A DNA stretch of 34,325 bases, taken from the IMG/VR virus record IMGVR_UViG_3300005613_000227; one strand, 5' to 3'. Below are positions 1 to 8,646 of the stretch, in pieces (the first letter of the stretch is position 1; each line of letters starts with the position of its first letter). Made by a program: the position numbers and the translations under genes. The notes below the pieces were generated by a model. The model had not been told where the DNA came from and ran no database searches. It worked only from the letters and a program-made list of their open reading frames with translations. The stretch is from a virus.

Positions 1-123
1 GGATAAAGTTCCTGAAGATAATCTACAAGCAACAAAATTTGCTGATAGGTTTGATATTTATTATGCCTTTGAACCTGAGGGAAGATTAGGAAGAAATTGG
101 GAAGATTATATCCCTGATCCAAA
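1..123. repeat. Terminal direct repeat, copy A (identical to 34203..34325); circular-assembly overlap
   Basis: The string ggataaagttcctgaagataatc...tatccctgatccaaa is read identically at both window ends. It lies inside an ORF that runs across the junction. Confidence 0.9.
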
Positions 124-214
124 CAATCCAACAAAAGTAGTAATTGCTCCTGACAGTATTAGAAAATATATGGGTTACATTTATGAATTTACAAGATATA
201 CGATAGAAATTTAA
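2..214 (+). CDS. C-terminal part of the wrap-around tail-tip protein (continuation of 33754..34325; about 220 aa in the circular genome)
   Basis: The frame is open from base 2 to TAA at 212..214, which overlaps the next start as TAATG. The C-terminus is ...VVIAPDSIRKYMGYIYEFTRYTIEI. Bases 1..123 duplicate the window end. Confidence 0.7.
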   Translation, partial: DKVPEDNLQATKFADRFDIYYAFEPEGRLGRNWEDYIPDPNNPTKVVIAPDSIRKYMGYIYEFTRYTIEI

Positions 215-1329
215 TGGCAGATATACAAATAGTTAATGACTTGCCTCTAGCCTACGAAGACACAGTTGCAGATCGTCTTGATGCAAATTTTAGAACTTAT
301 TTCCTTCAAGAAAAAGGAAACGCAATCGTTAATGTAGAGAAATGGACTGCTAAAAAAGTAGATTACCAACCTAGCAAACTTGGAAAGGCAAGGGGAAGAC
401 CACATTTAAATCAATACTTAATTAAAGAAGATTCTTTCACCGACATCGGTGGAGGAAGAATGGTTTTTTTAAGACATTTTGCTCAAATTCCTGAACCTTG
501 GTTTGATTTCGAGCAAAAGTCGGTTTTATATTACCATAATCCTTCTCTTGTAGGAATCAATTTTGATTCTAAATATGGAAGATATGGGTGGCTCAATGAT
601 ACAGATTCTTTAAAGAATGTGCCATTCATAGCCAAAGCGACAAGATACTATGTTACGAAAACAACAATGGATTTTTACTTGGCTACAAGATATTCTCTAA
701 TAGGAGATTTTGATAATAATTGGTTATATCCTCACGCATTAATAGACAACACTTTCTTAACTAACGCATCCACAGGATACAAATATCCTGCGAAACTTTT
801 TGTAAACAATCCAAGAGTGTTATTAGGTTCAGCAGACGCAACTCCTGTTGCACTCGCTCCTGACAAAGTTACATTATGGAAACCAAATATTTATGAAATA
901 ACACGCTATGAATCGAGTATAAATTACAGAGTATTACTTGAGAGCGAGGCTTATGGTGTTGCAATTACATTTAGATGGATTGCAGGTGCAAATTTTGACG
1001 AAGAATCTGTTTATGATAATGGAACACTTAGAGTTGATTATGGTAGAGAAGGAGCTACAACCTTTGGAAACACATTTAATTCACAATTTGGAGCAAAGAA
1101 AAATCAACTTCGTTTTCAGCAATCATTAAGAAGCTCTGTTGAAAAAGAACAGTTTAACAACTTTAGAATAAGAGTTCAAAGTCAGACAGGATTAAAGGTT
1201 GTAGATACGCTTCTAGGTGGGGCAGAGTTTGAGAATCCACTCGATCAGGAATCGGACGATCAAACTTTTGCTCTTAAATGGGATGGAGAATCGGCTCAAA
1301 TAAATTTAACATTCGTAATAGGTAAGTAA
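214..1329 (+). CDS. Tail-tip/baseplate structural protein, paralog of the preceding wrap-around ORF
   Basis: 371-aa ORF. It shares three blocks with the previous ORF: FTDIGGGRMVFLRHFAQIPEPWFDFEQ vs FQDIGGGLQTFERHYATFPSSWYDFQE, AKATRYYV vs AKATRYYL, and APDKV..IYEITRY vs APDSI..IYEFTRY. It is the second gene after the tape measure. Confidence 0.7.
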   Translation: MADIQIVNDLPLAYEDTVADRLDANFRTYFLQEKGNAIVNVEKWTAKKVDYQPSKLGKARGRPHLNQYLIKEDSFTDIGGGRMVFLRHFAQIPEPWFDFEQKSVLYYHNPSLVGINFDSKYGRYGWLNDTDSLKNVPFIAKATRYYVTKTTMDFYLATRYSLIGDFDNNWLYPHALIDNTFLTNASTGYKYPAKLFVNNPRVLLGSADATPVALAPDKVTLWKPNIYEITRYESSINYRVLLESEAYGVAITFRWIAGANFDEESVYDNGTLRVDYGREGATTFGNTFNSQFGAKKNQLRFQQSLRSSVEKEQFNNFRIRVQSQTGLKVVDTLLGGAEFENPLDQESDDQTFALKWDGESAQINLTFVIGK

Positions 1330-1330
1330 T

Positions 1331-1663
1331 ATGGCAGAACAAATTGAAAGACTAAATGCAGGACAAACTCCATCCTTGTTGCAAGCAGCTAAAGGTAATG
1401 AGTTGATCGATGCAATTAATGCTTTAAGAAAATCTAAAAGCACACAATCGGCAGACATTGCAGGTATATCATTGACAACAAAAAGTGATGGTTCGCTTGA
1501 GCTAAATATAACCTCCGATTTATTAGAGAAGCTAAATCCTCAAACAGAAAAAGAAGATGGGGAAGCTACAACCGACATTGCTTCAGGATTCGTTGAGCAG
1601 AGATATAACGCAACAGTCAACGGAGTATCGACAGGCACAGTTTTTTTAGTTAAGATAGGATGA
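1331..1663 (+). CDS. Hypothetical tail-associated protein (110 aa)
   Basis: Tightly packed ORF between tail-tip genes. Its stop overlaps the next start (ATGA at 1660). Confidence 0.55.
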   Translation: MAEQIERLNAGQTPSLLQAAKGNELIDAINALRKSKSTQSADIAGISLTTKSDGSLELNITSDLLEKLNPQTEKEDGEATTDIASGFVEQRYNATVNGVSTGTVFLVKIG

Positions 1664-2601
1664 GTGATTTATCTATTATTCAGCCATCCGATTTTCAGGT
1701 CACTCCATTTGTTCGATTTAAGCCAAGTCTTGAATACGGAATGAGGGTGAATCAAATGAGAAGAGTTAGGCGTTCAACATCTGACGAATACTCAAGTTCA
1801 TCTCCGATTAATCTAAGAGATGCAAGTTCGTTGTTTCATAATTTCTATGGCGTAGGAATCACAGGCAGTTTTAGCCACTCAGTTAGTGATGATCAACTAG
1901 GAGGATCAGGAGAATTTCAGGAATCACTCGATTATCAAAGCCTTGTAAAACCTGAATCTAGATACAATGGAAGCTCAGGTGGGTTTCACAATATGGATAT
2001 GCTTGGACTGCCAAGATTTCTTTCAGCATTCGCTGTTTTATATAATGTGACAAATGATATGGTTAGGCTTTATAGTCAAGAGCCTCCTGACTTTGATGAC
2101 ACAGGATTTATTGGCTTTGGAATTAAACTAGCAGAGATTAAAATGACAGGTGTTTCAAGTCCTAGAAGTGGGGGAAGTTTTAATAGAATTGTAACCTTAG
2201 CAAGTTATCCTGTGAAAAAAGAAAATGTTTTTATAGGAACACAGGTAGTAGGAGGAGAGAGACTTAGTTTTTGGGACGGAAGTTTGCAGGCTTATTGGGC
2301 TACAAAAGATTGGGGGCATCCTAGTTTATTTCCTGAAGCTGAGGGTACATTCGAGACATCGACATTCAGGCTTAGAGATAATAATGGAAATAATATTCCT
2401 TTAGTGAAAACAGTTGTAGAATATAAAGTTACGGCAAAAGCTCCCATATGGAAATACAATGAATCTACGCAAAAAAGCGAAATTATAGGTGCGACAAGAA
2501 CTCCTCCTCCAATCGGAGATTGTGACTTCGTAGGCTCAGGAAAGTTCTTTGATTATTCAGGAGATGTCAGTCACTTACAACCTAATAACTATCCAATTTA
2601 A
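1660..2601 (+). CDS. Hypothetical tail/baseplate protein (313 aa)
   Basis: Long ORF, translationally coupled, within the tail-tip cluster. No motif recognised. Confidence 0.6.
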   Translation: MSDLSIIQPSDFQVTPFVRFKPSLEYGMRVNQMRRVRRSTSDEYSSSSPINLRDASSLFHNFYGVGITGSFSHSVSDDQLGGSGEFQESLDYQSLVKPESRYNGSSGGFHNMDMLGLPRFLSAFAVLYNVTNDMVRLYSQEPPDFDDTGFIGFGIKLAEIKMTGVSSPRSGGSFNRIVTLASYPVKKENVFIGTQVVGGERLSFWDGSLQAYWATKDWGHPSLFPEAEGTFETSTFRLRDNNGNNIPLVKTVVEYKVTAKAPIWKYNESTQKSEIIGATRTPPPIGDCDFVGSGKFFDYSGDVSHLQPNNYPI

Positions 2602-2627
2602 TTAACAACTAACCTTTATTAGAATGG
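2595..2627 (+). repeat. Conserved gene-junction box, copy A (AATTTA-nn-TTAACAACTAACCTTTATT..ATGG)
   Basis: Near-identical to 4789..4823. The match spans the stop codon, the intergenic spacer and the next start. Confidence 0.7.
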
Positions 2628-4210
2628 GATTACAAATTTACGGCAATATTGATGCAGGGAGTCTGCTAAACGGAAAAGTTCAATCTATTAACAACCTTTC
2701 TGCTTCAGGCATAAAAAACCTTGTCGCAGGCGATGGTTTAGAAGTTGAATTATTCTTAACAAGTCAGACAGGCTTAGTAAACATTCAGAATTATTCTGTT
2801 CGCTTAGGGATCGGAGACTTAAATGCAAGACCGACAGGAGGAACTTTTGACTTAGGATCGACAACAGGGTTGGCTTACAATCTTTCAGCTAGTGATTTGC
2901 AAACTGCAATCGCTTCTGAATCGGCAGCTAATACAACAACACTCTTATCTCCATTCGTATTCAAAACAGTATTTACTGCAAACGGCTCTCAAACAATTCC
3001 TTCAATAGATTCAACAGGGCTAACTCCAAGCTCAACAGTTTCGATCACTAAATTAGTTGAGGGAGATGGCTCAACCCAAGAGCAATGGTTGACTCGAATT
3101 TTTGCCAATCCTTTAAGTTTTCAAGACACTTGGTCAAATTTCACAAAGACAGGAGTTGGAGAAGGTTTATCAGGGATATTGGGATTAGGAACTCCTGAAA
3201 TCTATTCACAGTTCAGCGAATCAGTAACATCATTCACTTCAACTTTGGAGATGGAGATTACTGACATTGATGGAAATGCAAACACAATTTTTCAGATTCC
3301 TGTTACCATAGGAGGAGAGTCAATCGGTGCAGGGATTACTGTAAGTTCCATTAATCCTTCTAATTTTGTTACTGCGACCGATGTAAACACAACAATCGAT
3401 TCAGTAACAACCCAAGCAAACACAATTTACATTTCGGCAGACAGAGGAAACGATGCAACAGGAACTCGCAACTCTACAACAAAACCTTATGAAACACTAG
3501 CAGGAGGCTACGCTGATGCTTTGGCAGAAGATACAATCGTTGTATTAGATGGAGACTTCTCATCTGAAGCGACTTTAAATTTGGCACACGCTAACAATTT
3601 CCATCTTCACGAAGGAGTCACTCTCGGCAACATAACTTCAACACAATCAGGAGTAGTAAGATTCAAGGCGATTGGTAGTTTTGCAAATGTTGGTATTTTA
3701 AATTTTGATGGTTCTTCTCATCAGATTAGCATAGAAAATTTGAAAGCTGAAATTTTAAATATCGGTAGCCAAAGTGCAAGATTGATTAATTGTGATTTCG
3801 CAGGAGGTTCAAATCACTCACTCACCATCTCCACAGCAAACACAACAAACATATATGCTAAAGATTGTGCATTTCAATCAAATGGTAATGAATCAATTCA
3901 TTTGGACGAAACTAACGCAAATTTATTTTTGGACAACTGCGTTGTCGGTTCTTTTACTTATTCAGGAGATGCAATAGAAATAACAAATGCAACCAACGCT
4001 CCTGATTCTATTTTAGTCAAAGATTGTATTATTTCGAGCAACTCAGGTAACGCTTTTTCTAGGTCTAGTACCAACACAACTGTTCAAATTGATTTCCTAG
4101 GTGGAGCAACTGAAGTTTCTGCTTTTAGTAATGCTTCCGACTTTACTATCGTTGGCAATTACATCATTGATTCTAGAGTCACAAATCTTCCTTATGTAGG
4201 CAAATTTTAA
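2624..4210 (+). CDS. Tail spike/fibre with C-terminal right-handed beta-helix (pectin-lyase-like) region; possible depolymerase
   Basis: 528 aa. ISADRGNDATGT..KPYETLAGGYADALAEDTIVVLDGDF is followed by repeated turns: NCDFAGGSNHSL, KDCAFQSNGNESI, DNCVVGS and KDCIISSNSGNA. Confidence 0.6.
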   Translation: MGLQIYGNIDAGSLLNGKVQSINNLSASGIKNLVAGDGLEVELFLTSQTGLVNIQNYSVRLGIGDLNARPTGGTFDLGSTTGLAYNLSASDLQTAIASESAANTTTLLSPFVFKTVFTANGSQTIPSIDSTGLTPSSTVSITKLVEGDGSTQEQWLTRIFANPLSFQDTWSNFTKTGVGEGLSGILGLGTPEIYSQFSESVTSFTSTLEMEITDIDGNANTIFQIPVTIGGESIGAGITVSSINPSNFVTATDVNTTIDSVTTQANTIYISADRGNDATGTRNSTTKPYETLAGGYADALAEDTIVVLDGDFSSEATLNLAHANNFHLHEGVTLGNITSTQSGVVRFKAIGSFANVGILNFDGSSHQISIENLKAEILNIGSQSARLINCDFAGGSNHSLTISTANTTNIYAKDCAFQSNGNESIHLDETNANLFLDNCVVGSFTYSGDAIEITNATNAPDSILVKDCIISSNSGNAFSRSSTNTTVQIDFLGGATEVSAFSNASDFTIVGNYIIDSRVTNLPYVGKF

Positions 4211-4212
4211 TT

Positions 4213-4800
4213 ATGGCACAAAGCAAATTTAATTCACAACTAGAAGTCACTCAAACTGTAACTCTCGGAGGCAGTTTAGATGTTACAGGAACAACCACTT
4301 TCAACGATCAGGTTGCAATCGTTGCAACCAACGACACAGTTTCAATCGTTGCAACAGGAGTTTCAATAACAGGATCAACAACGATCACAGGTGCAGTTCA
4401 AATTAATGGCGATACAACAATCACAGGAACAGTCACTATTTCAGGAAGCATTTATGTTGCAGCTACTGCAAGTTTCCAAGGAGAGATTAGTTGTAATTCA
4501 ATACAACTTCCATCTCCATCGGATAAAATAACAGATATGCTAACTCAAACATCTCAGATTAATTTTGGGAGTGTTGCAGGAGGGGCAGTCGCTACGATTG
4601 GAGTGGTTGTCACAGGTGCTTTATTAAGTTCCTTTAATGTCGTAATCGTTGACACTCCTGACATCTTAAACGATGCATTTATCGTTGATGGAGTGGTTAC
4701 GGCAGACGACACAGTTTCTTTAAAGCTCCACAATACTTCAAACGGAACAGAGAACGCAATTACTGCAACTTACAAAATCGCAGTCCTTCAATTTACTTAA
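4213..4800 (+). CDS. Tail-fibre-like protein with T/G/I-rich beta-helical repeats
   Basis: 195 aa. Repeats include VTGTTTF, VSITGSTTITGAVQINGDTTITGTVTISGS. Confidence 0.55.
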   Translation: MAQSKFNSQLEVTQTVTLGGSLDVTGTTTFNDQVAIVATNDTVSIVATGVSITGSTTITGAVQINGDTTITGTVTISGSIYVAATASFQGEISCNSIQLPSPSDKITDMLTQTSQINFGSVAGGAVATIGVVVTGALLSSFNVVIVDTPDILNDAFIVDGVVTADDTVSLKLHNTSNGTENAITATYKIAVLQFT

Positions 4801-4823
4801 CAACTAATCTTTATTTATAATGG
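4789..4823 (+). repeat. Conserved gene-junction box, copy B
   Basis: caatttacttaacaactaatctttatttataatgg compared with aatttaattaacaactaacctttattagaatgg at 2595..2627. Confidence 0.7.
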
Positions 4824-5071
4824 CAACAACTAAAGTCACAAATCAACCTAGGTCAGCAATAGATGCTCAGACAATTACTGCTTCAACAACTGCAACTCTT
4901 TCTAATTTAACAAGGTCAATCTATGTCGGAACGGCAGGAAACCTTTCTGTTAAATTCACTTCAGGAGGAGCAACAGTTACTTTCGCAAATGTTTCTAATG
5001 GTTATCATCCTCTTCAAGTTGAGGTGATCAACGGAGGAACTACTGCAGGTGATGTTATAGCGTTGTTTTAA
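4820..5071 (+). CDS. Small virion-region protein (83 aa)
   Basis: ORF with T/S/G-rich beta-type composition (YVGTAGNLSVKFTSGGATVTFANV...TTAGDVIALF). It directly abuts the next gene (TAA then ATG). Confidence 0.5.
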   Translation: MATTKVTNQPRSAIDAQTITASTTATLSNLTRSIYVGTAGNLSVKFTSGGATVTFANVSNGYHPLQVEVINGGTTAGDVIALF

Positions 5072-6115
5072 ATGGCTAATGTCACAGGCATAGGCACAAA
5101 CCTTGGCTTAAATAATTTTGCCAAGGAGGGAAGGCTGAGAAGTATTACAGGAACAAATGCTTTGCAGAATCCCTTGTTGGATGCCGACAATGGTTATCCT
5201 ATCGGATTTGTTTACAATGGTCAATTAAGTGGAAATTCTGACACAAGTTTTTATCCCCAACATTGGTCTCCAAATTCAGGAGTTTACATTGACGCTCCTT
5301 CAAGTTATAGAAGTGTCGCTCCTTGCTTTCATAATACAAATTACAGACCTTACGATGACACTGCTAAATTTGGAGGAACTCCATCAGGTGATCCTGAAAG
5401 CCATCTCGATGGTATAAATTATTCAGGAGGAAGAATCCGAAAGATGTATGGGCAAGGAACTGCCTTCACTTCTTTTACTGCCAATCCTGACAGAACTTAT
5501 CCTAACTATCCTGTCACTCATTGCACAACTGCAACAAAGACTGTTAATGGGACTACAACTTGGGAAGATGACGAATGTTGGTCAAAATATGAATGGACTC
5601 AAGGAGTCAGCATTCCTGACGGATTAAATACTTGCACTTTCGGAGCTTACATTAGATGTCCTTCAAATGATTTATTTAGAGAATTAAACTTCGGTGGCGT
5701 TTATGTTTGGCAAGATATTGCATCAACTCCTCCATCAAATGTTTATATCAATTCAATAGCAGTCAAAAGAGCAGCAACAACTTTAAACCTTAGAACAGGA
5801 AGTTGTCCTTCAGGGCAAGGAGCTTTTAATTGGTCAGGCAACTCAGAAGACTTAACAGGATTCCCTTCTCGCTACGGAGGAAGATGGAACGACACTTGTT
5901 TTATTCAAAGCATTACTTACAAAGACGCAGAAGATTATCCTGACTTTATAGCAGTTGAGAAGACTTTCACTTTACAATCAGGAACAGGAAGAAGATTAGG
6001 CTTCGGAACTTACTTTATGGAGAATCAATCCTATATGCCTATAACTCCTCCTTCCCCAAATCCTTTATCAGGTTCAATAGAATTTTATAATCCTTTCGTA
6101 ATTTTTAGTTCTTAA
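5072..6115 (+). CDS. Cys/Trp/Tyr-rich fibre-region protein; possible receptor-binding component
   Basis: 347-aa ORF in the distal part of the tail cluster. No catalytic motif recognised. Confidence 0.5.
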   Translation: MANVTGIGTNLGLNNFAKEGRLRSITGTNALQNPLLDADNGYPIGFVYNGQLSGNSDTSFYPQHWSPNSGVYIDAPSSYRSVAPCFHNTNYRPYDDTAKFGGTPSGDPESHLDGINYSGGRIRKMYGQGTAFTSFTANPDRTYPNYPVTHCTTATKTVNGTTTWEDDECWSKYEWTQGVSIPDGLNTCTFGAYIRCPSNDLFRELNFGGVYVWQDIASTPPSNVYINSIAVKRAATTLNLRTGSCPSGQGAFNWSGNSEDLTGFPSRYGGRWNDTCFIQSITYKDAEDYPDFIAVEKTFTLQSGTGRRLGFGTYFMENQSYMPITPPSPNPLSGSIEFYNPFVIFSS

Positions 6116-6116
6116 A

Positions 6117-6548
6117 ATGGTAGCAACTTTTGGTAGACATATAACTTCAATTTTTGATGTACTTACTGTTTCAGGTGTAAGTCTTCAAGGATTGGGTTTA
6201 GGTTTAAATTCAGGAGTTTCGGTTGCTAAGTCACAAGGTTCAGACCCAACTGCTACTCTTGTTTTAAAACACATAAATTATGGTTCAGGAAGAATCACAA
6301 TAGGAGGAACAGTTCTTAATTATGATGGAACGGAAGGAACTAATTTTCCTAATCCTATAACTAACACCGATGCTTTCGATGCAAACTTTAGAGCAATAGG
6401 AACAGATGCTAAATTTAATGGAAATCCTACCATAACAGGTGGCACATATACAGGTGATCTTGATGAGGCAGAAGACGGAGATTTACAAATTACTTGGGAC
6501 GGAACAAGCTCCGAAATAGTCATAACAACAAATGGATTTAAAGACTAA
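6117..6548 (+). CDS. Hypothetical tail-region protein (143 aa)
   Basis: Tightly packed ORF. It is G/T/N-rich and is the last gene before the membrane-protein cluster. Confidence 0.5.
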   Translation: MVATFGRHITSIFDVLTVSGVSLQGLGLGLNSGVSVAKSQGSDPTATLVLKHINYGSGRITIGGTVLNYDGTEGTNFPNPITNTDAFDANFRAIGTDAKFNGNPTITGGTYTGDLDEAEDGDLQITWDGTSSEIVITTNGFKD

Positions 6549-6709
6549 TGGAAGATATTATTCACAGAGGCATAATTGGTTCGTTCGGAACTGTTCTAAG
6601 TTTTTCACTACAAAGCATCGACACAGTTGCTTCAATTGCAGTCGCACTTGCAACATTGTGTTATATGATTTTATCAATAATTAAAATAGTAAAGGAGTTA
6701 TTAAAATGA
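6548..6709 (+). CDS. Small hydrophobic membrane protein (53 aa), holin-like
   Basis: Below the ORF-track length cutoff. Its ATG overlaps the upstream stop (TAATG) and its TGA overlaps the next ATG (ATGA). Sequence: MEDIIHRGIIGSFGTVLSFSLQSIDTVASIAVALATLCYMILSIIKIVKELLK. Confidence 0.5.
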   Translation: MEDIIHRGIIGSFGTVLSFSLQSIDTVASIAVALATLCYMILSIIKIVKELLK

Positions 6710-7104
6710 GCGATGAATTACTTGGATTAGGTGCAGGAAGCACAATGGGCTATGTCTTTAAATTTATGTCCACAATGCAACAACAACAAGCAGCAACAGT
6801 TGACAATCTTATAAAGAAACAGAATGTCGCTGACGAATCTGCCGACTTAGCAGCCAAAAGAGGCAATGACGGAGTTTGGGTTAGAAGAGGAATTGTGGCT
6901 ACAATCTTATTTGCAGTCGTTGTCATTCCTTTCATTATGGCTTTCCAAGAACAAGGACTGACAATTTCAAAAGAAACAAATGTTCTAGGCTTATTTACTT
7001 TCGAGAATTATAAAGAATTATCAGGTATGGTTCTGATAAGTGAAGTCAGAGTCGCTTTGCTTAGTATTATCGGATTTTACTTCGGTTCTTCTCAGGTAAA
7101 GTGA
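6706..7104 (+). CDS. Membrane protein with two predicted TM helices, holin-like
   Basis: Hydrophobic stretches GIVATILFAVVVIPFIMAF and VRVALLSIIGFYFG. It is one of the few genes with an AAGGAG box upstream. Confidence 0.5.
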   Translation: MSDELLGLGAGSTMGYVFKFMSTMQQQQAATVDNLIKKQNVADESADLAAKRGNDGVWVRRGIVATILFAVVVIPFIMAFQEQGLTISKETNVLGLFTFENYKELSGMVLISEVRVALLSIIGFYFGSSQVK

Positions 7105-7114
7105 TTTTTATGAA

Positions 7115-7942
7115 ATGGATAAAAAAACTGCCAAAGATAAACTTAAAGAATTACGAGATTCTATCTCAGAAGTATTGGACGAAAAAGAGTTCCAATCTGC
7201 TGAAGAAATTAAAGAGCAATCTAAAGAAGCTCTTGGGCAAGCTAGAGAAGCAAATAAGCAGTTTAAGAAAACGCTTATAGATAGAATAAAAGAGTTTCCT
7301 GTCGTTGATAAGGTTTCTCAGCTAGGAACGGCAGGAACTGTTGCAGTTAGTTCAGCAGCAGTCGTTCAGACAGAACTTGCTATTGATCAGACTCAGGTCT
7401 TTATTGCCGAAGTTGCAAACGATGTTGTTGAGCAAAGAATCGAAGCTCCATTCTTCTTAGATGCCTTCGTTGACTTCTATGAATTGAACGATTGGGGGCA
7501 AGTTGTTATTGCTGAGAAAGTTTCCGAGGCTCAGGCTTTCGTTGAGTCGGCTTCCGAACCACAACCGACTTCTCAACAAAACAATTCCTCCGAGCCGACC
7601 AAACCTGAAACCTCCTCTTCTTCCAAAGATAATTCCTCCGATAATCCCTCTGATAAGCAAGGCAATAGCACAGAGCCAAAATCAGAAGAAAAGGAATCCA
7701 AAGTAGAAGAAAAGAGTTCATTGGAAAAGAAGGTAGAGGAAAAGTCAGAGGAAGTCAAAAAAGAGGCACAAGAGACTCAAGAAGAGCCTAAAGAAGAAGC
7801 CAAGACTAAAGACACTCAGAAACAACAAAACGCTCCTGAAGACAAATCTGAACCTATTATTGACGAAATCCCTTTAGTAGAAACTCCAATAGACTACCAA
7901 GATGACATTAAACCACACCGACAAGTCTCTCCAACCAATTAA
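7115..7942 (+). CDS. Coiled-coil protein with an acidic S/E/K-rich low-complexity C-terminus
   Basis: 275-aa ORF. The N-terminus is charged and helical, the central patch LGTAGTVAVSSAAVV is hydrophobic, and the C-terminus is SSEPTKPETSSSSKDNSSDN...EEKSEEVKKEAQETQEEPKEEAK. Confidence 0.55.
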   Translation: MDKKTAKDKLKELRDSISEVLDEKEFQSAEEIKEQSKEALGQAREANKQFKKTLIDRIKEFPVVDKVSQLGTAGTVAVSSAAVVQTELAIDQTQVFIAEVANDVVEQRIEAPFFLDAFVDFYELNDWGQVVIAEKVSEAQAFVESASEPQPTSQQNNSSEPTKPETSSSSKDNSSDNPSDKQGNSTEPKSEEKESKVEEKSSLEKKVEEKSEEVKKEAQETQEEPKEEAKTKDTQKQQNAPEDKSEPIIDEIPLVETPIDYQDDIKPHRQVSPTN

Positions 7943-8339
7943 CGAATTAGATGGAATTTTTAAATTACATATTCGAGAACTACAACAACGACCTGACAGC
8001 GATCTTGTTCACTTATATTGGAATAGCCTCTATAATTTTGATGTTTTTGCCGAAGAACAATTTCTTCGTAAGGGCATTCAAGGAGATAGCCTCGATCTTT
8101 ACATCCTTGTTCAAGAAGTAGAATATCCTGAACTTCCTCTTTTAGAGTTCGATCCGAATCTAAAAATCAAACCGATAGTCAATCCTCACTTCAAGGAGAC
8201 TTGGTATTCTTTCGAGGCACAACCGACTGAAATAAATTATAACATCGGCATTCCTGAACCAAGCAGTTGGGGATTAGTAATGGGCTTAACATTGTTTGCT
8301 TTATTGTTTCCAATTAAGTGGCTGAAGAAATATTTCTAA
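7902..8339 (+). CDS. Hypothetical protein with a PEP-CTERM-like C-terminal anchor
   Basis: 145 aa ending in IPEPSSWGLVMGLTLFALLFPIKWLKKYF (PEP, then a hydrophobic helix, then a basic tail). It overlaps the upstream gene by 41 nt. Confidence 0.5.
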   Translation: MTLNHTDKSLQPINELDGIFKLHIRELQQRPDSDLVHLYWNSLYNFDVFAEEQFLRKGIQGDSLDLYILVQEVEYPELPLLEFDPNLKIKPIVNPHFKETWYSFEAQPTEINYNIGIPEPSSWGLVMGLTLFALLFPIKWLKKYF

Positions 8340-8341
8340 GC

Positions 8342-8367
8342 AAAAAAAAGCCTCTCCGAAGAGAGGC
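8342..8367 (-). terminator. Rho-independent terminator of the minus-strand operon (may also act on + transcripts)
   Basis: Stem GCCTCTC/GAGAGGC with a CGAA loop. The A8 run on the + strand reads as U8 on the minus strand. It lies between convergent genes. Confidence 0.7.
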
Positions 8368-8390
8368 TGAACAAACAATTATAAAGTTTT

Positions 8391-8633
8391 TTAGTCTTCT
8401 AAAAATTCTTTAGTAACGATTCCATTATCACTCAAGATGTGATGTAGTGTAATCCATTGCTCCAAGTATTTTGCCTTTAATTCCTTGTATAATTTTGGTT
8501 TATCAGGATTTAACTTTAAGATTTCTCTCAAGTTTTCTAAAGCCTCTGTAAGGCTATCGTACTTTTTGACCATATCCTCAACGACTTTTGTTTTTGTTCT
8601 AGTAGTAATGTTTTTATAATATTTGTTTTTCAT
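8391..8633 (-). CDS. Hypothetical protein (80 aa), minus strand
   Basis: ORF preceded by the leader AATCAACATTAACCTTATAAATTAAACGCT-ATG in gene orientation. Confidence 0.6.
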   Translation of the reverse strand: MKNKYYKNITTRTKTKVVEDMVKKYDSLTEALENLREILKLNPDKPKLYKELKAKYLEQWITLHHILSDNGIVTKEFLED

Positions 8634-8646
8634 AGCGTTTAATTTA

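Noticed and set aside
7110-7280. Alternative 56-codon ORF starting at ATG 7110
   Set aside because: It overlaps the 275-aa ORF in another frame, and its K/L-rich sequence reflects the A-rich coding strand. The long ORF is preferred.
7457-7758. Four overlapping track ORFs (7457..7660-, 7503..7706+, 7506..7721-, 7573..7758-)
   Set aside because: They lie inside the low-complexity S/E/K-rich coding region of 7115..7942. Purine-rich repeats keep several frames open there, and none has independent start signals.
7902-7942. Possible programmed frameshift fusing 7115..7942 with 7902..8339
   Set aside because: I saw no slippery heptamer or homopolymer run in the 41-nt overlap. The downstream ORF has its own ATG.
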